A stretch of DNA of 64,000 nt. Source: Octopus vulgaris (taxonomy: Eukaryota). Numbering within the stretch: the stretch's first letter is position 1; each line of letters begins with the position of its first letter. The position numbers and the translations under genes are program-made. The stretch is from positions 57,722,001-57,786,000 of the forward strand of contig OX597826.1 of the NCBI GenBank assembly GCA_951406725.2, written 5' to 3'. This document shows, in pieces, positions 53,470 through 64,000 of the stretch. A model generated the notes under the pieces. It was not told where the DNA came from. It made no database searches and saw only the letters and a program-made list of their open reading frames with translations.

Positions 53470-53922
53470 GCCACATGCCATGCTTGAGGAGACCTCTTGA
53501 GTCAAGTATATCAAAATCAAAATAAAATCAAACCACAATCAAATGGAAATTGTAGTTGTGGCTGATGCTAGTGCCGCCTGACTGGCTCCCATGCTGGTGG
53601 AACGCAATAAGCACCATTCATGCATGAGTCATTGCCAGTGCCGCCTGACTGGTTCCCCATGCCAGTGGCATGTAAAAAGCACCATCCAAACATGGACGAT
53701 GCCAGCCCCCTTGCCCTGACTGCCTCCTATGCTGGTGGCACTGAAAAGCACCCACTACACTCTCAGAGTAGTTGGCATTAGGAAGGGCATTCAGCTGTAG
53801 AAACATTGCCAGATCAGATTGGAGCCTGGTGCGGCCTCCTGGCTTGCCGGACCCTAATCAAACTGTCCAACCCATGCCAGCATGGAAAACAGACATTAAA
53901 CGATGATGATGATGATGATGAT
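53470..53922 (+). mobile_element. SINE C, long copy with three internal ~65-bp repeats
   Basis: Repeated GCCTGACTGG..CCCATGC..GTGG.A.G.AA.AAGCACC units, then AGGAAGGGCATTCAGCTGTAGAAAC and (GAT)n. Confidence 0.8.
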
Positions 53923-54239
53923 AAACCTGCAAGATAGTAAATCAGGTGTGCTGGTGAGACTTGAAACCAATAATTTATATATATACATACATATATATAT
54001 ATCAAATATTTATAGCTAGTGGTAACCGTATAGATACTATTGGTTAATGATAACATTGCAGTTAAGTATAGTGATGTTGCTGTTATTGTTAACAGTTAGT
54101 GATGCTACTGCAGTTATTGTTACTAATGATGCAGGTAATGCACTTGCAATGGTGTTGACATGATATATTTGTGATCATGAAGTACCATATTTAGTACCAT
54201 TCGAGGATGAATTCAGTCATAGTGGAATTATTGATAAGG

Positions 54240-54880
54240 CAGTGAATAGACATTAATGCAGGTGATGGTGATCAGAGGGTGATAGTAGGGATAATGGTAG
54301 CGAAGGGGGTAAGACTGCCACAGAGATGCAGATAAGACGGTGGTGAGAGAGCAGCGATAGTAGTGATAGTGATAAGGCAGTTATAATAGGAATGGCAATA
54401 GTAATAATACAACCATAATACAGATAGTGATAATACAGCCATAATGATGATGGTGATAATAATACAGCTATAGAACTGATGGTGATAAGAGAGCCATAGT
54501 GCTTATGGTAATAAAACAGCCAAAGTGCCAATGGTGATAAAACAGCTATAGTGTTGATGGTGATAAGATAGTTATGGTTGTAATGGTGATAAGACAGCTA
54601 TAGTTACAATGGTGATAAGGCAAAGATAGAGGTAATGGTAGTGGTAATAATACAGTTATAGTGGTGACAGTGATAAGGCAGATATAGTGGTAATGGGGAT
54701 GAGACAGGTATAGTAGTCATTATAATAGTAATAATATAGTTAGTGCTGATGGTGATAAAATAACCATAGCGAAGATGGTGATAAGGCAGTTATTATAGCA
54801 TTGGCAGTAATGTCAAAGTGAGAAAGTAGTGATGATGGCGTGAAAAGTAGACTCTGATAAAAAGCTGGTGACATCATAAC
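54240..54880. repeat. Degenerate ~26-bp minisatellite (ATGGTGATAAGRCAGYTATAG...)
   Basis: Successive 26-nt units at 54531, 54557, 54583 and 54609. Confidence 0.75.
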
Positions 54881-55159
54881 TGAGCAACGATGACACTGGT
54901 GATGACAGTAGTGATGATATAAATAGCACTTGTAGTAATACAAAAATGAAAATAGATATTGCACAAATTTTTGATATTCATTTTTGATATCAACTACTGT
55001 AACAATTATTATCAATACAACACTTTTCAGTTTTCGTAACAATAACAATTGTTTTCTTTCACATTATCAACAACTAAAAATATTAATAAAATATAGGATT
55101 TTTGTATATATATGAATAAAAAATTATATATATATGTGTTTGTGTTTGTGCATATATAC

Positions 55160-55190
<31 letters not shown>

Positions 55191-55431
55191 TACATATACA
55201 TTATCCACAAGTTTTATAAAATTTTAATATTGAAGACTACAAAAACATTTACAATTTTTCTTTTCTTTTATATGATCATCATCACTACCACTATCATCAT
55301 TAATATGATTGTCATCAGCATTTCTTAGATGTATTAAAACTGTTTCTCTACAATAAACAAAATAGAAATATGCTTTCAGTATGTACTTTGACAAAATAAT
55401 TTTAAGAGTTTCCTAATACAAACTACTCAAT

Positions 55432-55468
<37 letters not shown>

Positions 55469-55628
55469 AAGAGAGAGAAAGGGAGAAAGAAATAAGTATG
55501 TGTGTAAATATATATATATAATGTATGTTTGTGTATGTGTGTTGTATGTGTGTGCATATATATTCCCATATACATACATATGTATACACATATATATATA
55601 CATACATATATATACACGTACTAATTTA

Positions 55629-56405
55629 CAATTGAAAAATAGGATAAAATCTTTATAAGAATTTATCAAGTAGTTAGCGTGAAAAACCTCATAAGAGTGA
55701 AAAACCTCATAAGGGTGAAAAACCTTATAAGCATGAAAAACCTCATATGGTAGTTTTGACTTTAAGAGTCCCTCCTAGCGTGAGGCATTTATGTATAGTA
55801 GTGCCCTTAACATAAATAAATATATTTAAGAGGAAAAATTGATGAGGTTTTTTACGCTAACTACTTGATAAATTCTTATAAAGATTTTATTTTATTTTTC
55901 AATTGAAAATTTAACCAGAATATATTCAGTGCTGAATTTTATTCCAAATAAACACATATTACTGTAATGCAATTCAAAAAGCTCGCCTTTTACATAGATA
56001 TATAAGAGTGAACAATTCTGTGTACTATGCTGGATACGTTTGGTGTTCGTCTGGTATTTTGATTTTTTGTTCATTTTTATGTATCATGAATTAAGCTTGC
56101 ACTGAAGATTAAAAAGTGCATTTTGTGCACTAATTATGAAATCATATGATGTGCAGCTGAATTCTGTTTTTAAAATGCTCGCTTCGAGAGTTGCATTCCC
56201 TTGAATTTGGTACAATTGTTTACTTATTATTACAATTGTTTACTTATTAAGAGTCCCTCCTAGCGTGTGACATTTATGTATAGTAATGCCCTCAATATAA
56301 ATAAATATATTTAAGAGGAAAAATTGATGGATTTTTCCCTTATGAGGTTTTACACGCTAACTACTTGATAAATTCTTATAAAGATTTTATCCTATTTTTC
56401 AATTG
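55629..56405. mobile_element. Non-autonomous TA-flanked DNA element with ~65-bp TIRs, 18-bp repeats and a duplicated right end
   Basis: TA|CAATTGAAAAATAGGATAAAATCTTTATAAGAATTTATCAAGTAGTTAGCGTG ... CACGCTAACTACTTGATAAATTCTTATAAAGATTTTATCCTATTTTTCAATTG|TA. Confidence 0.85.
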
Positions 56406-56418
56406 TATACACACACAG

Positions 56419-56454
<36 letters not shown>

Positions 56455-56515
56455 GCATATACACATATATATACATATACACACATATATATACATATAT
56501 ATATGTATATATATG

Positions 56516-56785
56516 GATTTCCACCTCTTTCGATCTCTTTCAAATGCTATGTGTGGAGTTTCGTTCAATACTGATGCAGAATTGAGAGCTTGGCTAGATC
56601 AATTTTATGAGATGAAATTAGGTGATTTCTACCAACGAGGTATTGAAAATTTTGTTGAACATTGGGAAGAAGTTGTAAACAACAAGGGTGAATACATTGT
56701 TGATTAATTAGTTGTTATTTTTTTTATTAAACCTTTTAAAAGATTTAAATTTTTTAAAATGGGGGGAACTTAGTTGCCAGCCCAA
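56516..56785 (+). mobile_element. Mariner transposon 3' fragment (transposase C-terminus + right TIR)
   Basis: DFHLFRSLSNAMCGVSFNTDAELRAWLDQFY...FYQRGIENFVEHWEEVVNNKGEYIVD* (stop at 56707), then ...GAACTTAGTTGCCAGCCCAA|TA. Confidence 0.9.
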
Positions 56786-57020
56786 TATATACATATATAT
56801 ATACACACGCATATATATATAAATATACATAAATATATACATACATATATATATACATATATATACATAAATATATACATACATATATATATATACATAT
56901 ATATATATATACATATATATATATACATACATACATACATATATATATACATATATATATACATATATATATATACATACCTACATATATATATACATAT
57001 ATATATACATATATATATAC

Positions 57021-57065
<45 letters not shown>

Positions 57066-57089
57066 CATACATACATAATATATATATAT

Positions 57090-57161
<72 letters not shown>
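56786..57161. repeat. Long (TA)/(TACA) compound microsatellite
   Basis: Read directly; source of the YI-repeat ORFs. Confidence 0.95.
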
Positions 57162-57165
<4 letters not shown>

Positions 57166-57522
57166 CACACATTTTGAAATTTCAGTTGAAAACAAAAATA
57201 GCTTAAGATTCTTATTCTATTCTTCCATATGCTATGAGCTTGCACTCAAAGACTGCTAAACACTTTACATTACTAAATAAACAAAATTTCATGAAAAACT
57301 TCCAAAATGCCATGTTTTGTTAAGGTGGGTATTTATGATCAAATTATCAAAAAAAAAAAAAAATGGAATCTATAGTGCTTCTGACCAAAAATGCAGTAAC
57401 AAACAGATAACCAGAGCAGAAAATTACAGATATTCTTATCTAGCTTGATTCTATGACTAGATTTTGGGATAAAAGATTGCCACTGTTAAGATTCCTTTCT
57501 CTTTCACTCTTTTAAATTTAAG

Positions 57523-57615
<93 letters not shown>
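57523..57615. repeat. (TA)n microsatellite
   Basis: Read directly from the sequence. Confidence 0.95.
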
Positions 57616-57618
<3 letters not shown>

Positions 57619-57896
57619 TTAGCAGAGATTTTTGTAATTTTTTTTTTCATTTCTCTATTAATTTCTAATCCATATTTATTATCTTGGCGCTATGCTTTAA
57701 GTTTGCCCTCAGGTCGCCTCCTGAAGCAACATACCAACAGAATTTGTCATAGAAGATGTTATCATGGAGAAGAAGTAAAACTAAAAAAATAAAAATAAAT
57801 GAAAAAATGTACTTTTATCATTTCTTATAAAATTTCTAATGTTATTGGGTCACCTATGGAACAGCTGCTGCCATTATACTGACTCTCTTTCTCTTT

Positions 57897-57928
<32 letters not shown>

Positions 57929-57966
57929 CTATCTTTATTATTATTTTTTCTAGTGGCAGTTCTTCC

Positions 57967-58287
57967 AGGAGGCACATTTAATTAGAGGTTGACAGCCTAA
58001 CAGAAATAGGCATAGTTCTTCCCTGAAAGTGCACAGGAAGCACATTTAATAAAGGTTGACAGTCTAACAGCCATGGGCACACCTCTTCTCTGAAAAGAGT
58101 ACAGAAGATATGTTTAATAAAGGTTGACAGCCTAACAGCCATGAGCAAATTTCCTTCCTCAAAAGAGAACAAGAAGCATGTTTCATAAAGGGTTGGCCTC
58201 CTAACAGCTATGGGGACACATCTTCAAAAGGCTCAAGAGACATGTTTAATAAGGGTCGACAGACAAGCTGTTATGTGCATATCTCTC
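57967..58287 (+). repeat. 68-bp diverged minisatellite, ~4.7 units
   Basis: Units start at 57967, 58035, 58103, 58171 and 58235; core TTTAATAAAGGTTGACAGCCTAACAG. Confidence 0.9.
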
Positions 58288-58800
58288 ATAAACACCAACA
58301 TAAAACAACAAGAATCAATCTATTACAATACAGATATCAGTTGACAATGAATGAAGAGACTTCATAACACAATGATAAAAGAATTATACCAGGAAAGCAT
58401 TTAAAAAATGAAAAATATAAATAAAGGGCTATGGAAAGAAGTTGCATCAGAGATTACCACACCACTATTTCAGCCCCCATTTGCCAAACTATTAATCATT
58501 TCATCATTAAGTAGTAAATCTGACATTCTATTTATATCTACCAGATACTAAATATTTACACAACCATCTTAATTGTAGATGCAACTATATCTAAAACCAT
58601 ATTGCTTCTTTAAATCAATCATTCTTCAATGCCCTCGTGATTTTGTACCATTAATTGTTTTTTTTTTATTGTTGCGTTCCTATAATTTGACAGTTTTGCT
58701 GCCAAAGCCAAGTACCTTAGCTCTTATGTTACCATATTTCTGAGAATACACTGCCTTTATAATGAATATTTTTGAAGATAATGAAAAATTTAGTAAAATA

Positions 58801-58953
58801 GTGGCTGTGTGGTAAGAAGCTTGCTTCCCAACCATATGGTTCCAGGTTCAGTCCCTCTGCATGGCACCTTGGGCAAGTGTCTTCTACTGTAACCCTGAGC
58901 TGACCAATGCCTTGTGAGTGGATTTGGTAGATGGAAACTGAAAGAAGCCCATC

Positions 58954-59013
<60 letters not shown>

Positions 59014-59220
59014 ATGTGTGTCTTTGTGTCTGTGTTTGTCCTCGCCACCACCACTTGACAACCTATATTTGTGTGTTTATGTTCTCTGTAACTTAGTGGT
59101 TCAGCAAAACAGATCGATAGAGTAAATACTTTAGTTGATTTCTTTGACTAAAAAAACCCTTAAAGGCAGTGCTCCAGCATGGCTGCAGTCAAATGACTGA
59201 AACAAGTAAACAAATAAAAG
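58801..59220 (+). mobile_element. Older SINE A
   Basis: Diverged copy with expanded (TG)n. Confidence 0.85.
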
Positions 59221-59223
59221 ATA

Positions 59224-59621
59224 GGCGCAGGAGTGGCTGTGTGGTAAGTAGCTTGCTAACCAACCACATGGTTCCGGGTTCAGTCCCACTGCGTGGCATC
59301 TTGGGGAAGTGTCTTCTGCTATAGCCCTGGGCCGACCAATGCCTTGTGAGTGGATTTGGTAGACGGAAACTGAAAGAAGCCTGTCGTATATATGTATATA
59401 TATATATATGTGTATGTGTGTGTGTTTGTCCCCCTAGTATTGCTTGACAACAGATGCTGGTGTGTTTACGTCCCCGTTACTTAGTGGTTTGGCAAAAGAG
59501 ACTGATAGAATAAGTACTGGGCTTACAAAGAATAAGTCCCGGGGTCGATTTGCTCGACTAAAGGCGGTGCTCCAGCATGGCCGCAGTCAAATGACTGAAA
59601 CAAGTAAAAGAGTAAAAGAGT
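59224..59621 (+). mobile_element. Younger SINE A inserted in the tail of the preceding copy
   Basis: Near-consensus, head-to-tail with 58801-59220. Confidence 0.9.
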
Positions 59622-62600
59622 AATAAAAAAATTAAGCTAATGATTGTAACCTTAATCAACATGCAAATTTGATGGCAGGTTTTAATTTAGATTGCATTAA
59701 AGCAGGTAGTTTATATCACAAAAACATGGGCATTCTCTGGTGGGTTAGTATTAAAAGGGGTTAATAGCAAACCGCCTTAGTATATCGATATATCCATCAA
59801 TTAATTAGAAGTATATTTGTTCTTTGCTGCCCATATATGCATCACGGGGCCATAATATAAAGAAGAAAATTCCATGGAGAAAATTTTAAGATACAAACAT
59901 GGTTTTGAGAGACTAATTATAAACTGACAGAGATTTAGGTGCACCAATGGGTAAGCATGTACACACATCAGCATATTTGAACGGATAACGATAGATGTAA
60001 ATATTGAAAATGAAAATCTGCAGAAAATATTTCTATTAGTTACACAAAATAGTTTGTATCTATTTTGGAATAAATGTGACAAAATAAATAAATAAATAAA
60101 TAGAAGAAATGAAATAAAATAGAACAAAGCAAGAAGAGAATGAAATTTGGGGGAAATGAGTGAGAAATACATTTTGTTGGTGTTATCCCTATTGGAATAA
60201 TCTTTACACTCGAAGTAAATAAAAGAAATAAAAAAGAATACTTGAAATTGCAAAACAAAAAAAAAAAAAGATATCTAGAGTTCAAAAAGCTATTATTGAA
60301 ACTGAGAATATGAGAAGCCTTTTCCAGCAAGTATTGCTGCCAAGTGGTAATTATGTAAAGGGAAATCCACACATCATTAATGTGAGACTCTATAAGAGAA
60401 GATAATGCACTGAAGTATGCCAGGGACTAATATTGGCCAACAATGTCCACATGCAGATTGGCCATGTCACAGCCATCTGCCCAGTTTATTAATGGCAACT
60501 CACATGTCAAGCATAGCATTCCACTCTTGCTAAGTTCCCAGTATGCTCAACTGGAAATTGAATGAAACAGGAGGAAAATAACAATGTAATGGGTATGGCA
60601 TGGCGTCGGATATAGTTGGCGGAAATAAGGGTGGTAAATGGTATAATAATAATAATAATAGTAACGCTGATGATGATAACAACAACAACAGCAATAATAA
60701 TGTTAGGAGTAATAATAACATCTATAATAAATGTGTAAAATAAAATATATATATATATAAATCATTAATAAAAAAAAAGAAAGAAAAATGTCAAATATTT
60801 TCAACAAAACAGCTTGTCTACAGCACCTCCCATCAGCAAATAGATTGTAGAAAGGATACCTTTGTGTACCAGTAATGGAATCGTAGATAGCAATATTTTT
60901 TGTTTAACATTTTATATTGTAGACACCCTTAGGGGTTGATAGTCACCCCAGTTTGCAGAATAATTCTGCAGGGACATCATCTTAAATCCTAATGAGTCAA
61001 ATTATTTAAATAAAAGGTTTCCTTAGTAGCCATTAAGTTGCTTCACATTATTATTGCAGATTTTGTCGTTGCTATTATTATAATCATCATCATCATCATC
61101 ATCATCGTTGTTTATACATTTTATTTATTTTTTAACCATCATTTCTGCCTGGGAAGTAGAAAACAATGACCAGTAGGAAAGGAATGTGTGAAATAAAATC
61201 TAAAAACACAATTACAAGAAAGTTTTAAAAATGTATATGTAAGATGCAAGCCTTGGGTGTATAAAGAACTTTTAGGAAAGATCTTTTTATTTATTTATTT
61301 TTAAATATTTTTGGAAAATGTAAAAAATAAAACAAGGATAAAAAAATTGAAGAACCATTATATTTTTCTTTTGGCAATTTCCTTTGCTTTTTAATCAAGA
61401 AGCAATAAAAAAAATGCTGACCAATTATTAAGACATGTAGAAAAATAGAATAGAATGATATAAAATAGAACAAAAAAATACAATCCTGGACTGTTTTATT
61501 TATTTTTACAATATGGAAAGCTAGTCTCCATAAGGATTCTTTCCACATAATGGCAGTACATTTTGATCAGCTATGAATTATGCTAGTTTGGTGGGGATAA
61601 AGTTAAAATGTTAAAATATTGTCTGCAACCAGAATATCTTTCATCAATGCTACTTTGGTAAAGAAATAAAAGAGTAAAATATTTTCTTGAGAACTACAAA
61701 AATAAAATAGTACTTAACACTGTAGTGGTAGTCGGAGAACATTGTGTTTTGGCAGAAAGGTATGACTTATTTTTTGTTTGCCTGTTTGTTTTTATAAGGG
61801 AGACAAATATCATGAGAAAAACATTATCTGTCACATAAATGTTGGTCTTGATTCACAGAGGGGCTGACTCTGATAGAGTAGACATGCTTATGATCAAAGT
61901 CCTTTCTTGTTCCCATATGCCATCTTTATTTTTTTTCCCCTCAAAAAGTGTACCCTAGAAAACATTATCCAATAAATGTGCCATAATATAAAACAGTAAC
62001 ATGTGATTTGAGGGAGATTTTTGGCTACTGCTTTTAGCAGAATGAATGACTGTTTTCCACAGAAGGGTTTAGAACATAAAAAAATTCAGCTATTCATAAC
62101 TAGAAAATTCTCAAATTTCCAACATAACTTTAATGAAGCATTATTGTAATTTTATAAAAAAAAAAAAAAAAAAGGGAAAAAGAAACGTTATTTTACTTAG
62201 TAATATTTCTATAACTTCAACAGGAAAGAGCCTCATTGAAAATATTAACTTTGTTTCCTTTTACAGTCCACTAATAAACATTTTCCCTGTTTTTATTTTG
62301 TATCTAATTTATGCCAAAATAAAAGCTATTGTACCACTGAGGAGTTCAGAATAAGATCAAAACATATCAACAATTTTTTTCTCTTGTCAGAAAAATGAAA
62401 ATATTAGTCACTGACAATTTTTTTTCTCTAAAGCATATTTATTTTTACTTCATGCATTATTAACTCTTTAAATTCCTGTAGTATTTACTTTATATAAATC
62501 ACCCAGTCCTAATGCTGGTAGTCCAGCATAAAAATCATAAAAATATAACAATTATATGAAACTTGTAGACATGATATGATGATCATTGGTATACATTGTG

Positions 62601-63384
62601 AATGTGATCTTTACCTGTTAACATATCACTTGTCCAAGTAGGCTGAATACAGATAAGTTGATTACAGGTAGATATTTTTACACATATGTCCAAGATAACA
62701 ATTGCTGAACATAGATTTGCTGTAGCAGAGTTTTGGTTGTCTCTGTAACATAGAAGCTGCACAGCTCTGTTAGAAAAGCATTCATCTCATCCATTGATAT
62801 GATGAAGGTGGAGTTGCCCCATTGATACACCCCTCTTGTATCAATGCCTTAATGCTCATCGTGATAAAAATTATTTCAGCAAGTTGGTAGAAAAATACTC
62901 AATGGGATTTTCTTCTAAATTCAAATGTTTTTACTGCCCATATCACTGGCAAAAACATTAATGCATTGACCAACAACATGATCAGAATCAATAAATCTTG
63001 ATATCATTTAGTTCACTGGTATGTACAGTTGGCACTGAAATATCACTAATCATTTTCTTGAAATCCAAGCTCTGTCTAATTAAATTATTAATTAACAAAT
63101 AAAATAAATAAATAAATCAATAATAAATAATATCATCAAATTCTAACTCATACTTGAAATATTAACTTCTATGATGCTCCTGCATTGTAATTTTCATGGA
63201 GAGATGAGGCAGTGAAGATGTCTGCAGAAATTGTTTTAGCCATTCTGAAATTGCTTAAACTACATACAACTCAAAGAGTAGTAATTTTATCCACAGTATT
63301 AAGCCAATTCTTTGTGTTGATAAACAAATGATTCAGTTTTAGTACTTCCCACCCACCGAGACAAAATTGATATCCTAGAACCAA

Positions 63385-63593
63385 AGTGCCATGTAAAAAG
63401 CACTGGTATGGGTGCTGGTGCCACATAAAAAGCACCCAGTACACTCTGTAAAGTGGTTGGCATTAGGACGGACATCCAGCTGTAGAAACCAAGCCAAAAC
63501 AGACTATCAAACCTGGTGTGGTCTCTGACCTTCCCAGTTCTTGTCAAGCTGTCCAACTCATGCCAGAATAGAAAACAGACTGATGATGATGAT
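63385..63593 (+). mobile_element. SINE C 3' part
   Basis: AAAAGCACCCAGTACACTCTG...GGCATTAGGACGGACATCCAGCTGTAGAAAC...(GAT)n. Confidence 0.75.
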
Positions 63594-64000
63594 ATATTAA
63601 ACATATCAATAAGTATTGAAAACATAGCAATCTTACTATCACCTCATTCCAAAGTTACCAATCTGCAATATTGAAGCTTAACTCCAATAAAATAGAATAG
63701 GAAGCTGATCTCATGAGAGAACTTTCAGGAGCTTGTCTTTAACAGTGGCTTTCCATGCTGAGCACATGAAGAAAGTCAAACTTTTTCCCTTCATACTGTC
63801 ACATTAGTCATACTAGCAACACTAACAATAAAATGAGATCTATAAAAATAATCACATTGAGTATAAAGGTATAATTGATAATTTTCCTCCAGAACTTCTA
63901 AATATAGCATGTGACTCTCATTAATGGTAAAAATATAGTGAAAGAACTTCCTCCAATTTCAGTCATAATCCTCAAATGCCATCTTTACAACTAATGGCTT

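Larger units (their letters stand above)
58717..59764 (-). mobile_element. Older relative of the 47173 piggyBac-type MITE, split by two SINE A copies
   Basis: Ends TTAGCTCTTATGTTACC... and ...TATTAAAAGGGG|TTAA. Internal ATTTAGTAAAATA and ATTAAGCTAATG match the reverse complement of the 47173 element. Confidence 0.6.

Noticed and set aside
56708-57245. Long YI/YV-repeat ORFs up to 163 aa
   Set aside because: They are translations of (TA)n microsatellite.
57967-58287. CRISPR-like repeat/spacer appearance
   Set aside because: The linkers are homologous to each other, the repeats are degenerate, there are no cas genes and the context is eukaryotic; it is a minisatellite.
62820-62846. 10-bp hairpin CATTGATACA/TGTATCAATG
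   Set aside because: Short and isolated; plausible by chance in 64 kb of AT-rich DNA.

Overview
AT-rich, repeat-dense eukaryotic DNA with no convincing host protein-coding gene, so probably a large intron or intergenic region. The SINE families, microsatellite density and 5S sequence point to an octopus or other coleoid cephalopod (inference). The window holds: (i) many copies of at least five SINE families (labelled A-E here); (ii) decayed RTE and CR1-type LINE fragments; (iii) fossil piggyBac, hAT (SPIN/GTF2IRD2-like) and mariner transposases; (iv) TTAA-type MITEs, a TA-flanked long-TIR element and a non-autonomous Helitron; (v) several mini- and microsatellites. Almost all ORFs in the supplied track are microsatellite or SINE artefacts. 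The most notable observations are: a full-length 5S rRNA head fused to a LINE-type 3' tail (candidate SINE3), whose tail stem-loop covaries with those of the tRNA-SINE and the CR1-type LINE in the same window; a 99-bp near-perfect palindrome whose loop is a retroposon 3' end; and two young SINE insertions at the identical base of two old diverged repeat units. All alignments were done by eye and TE boundaries are approximate.
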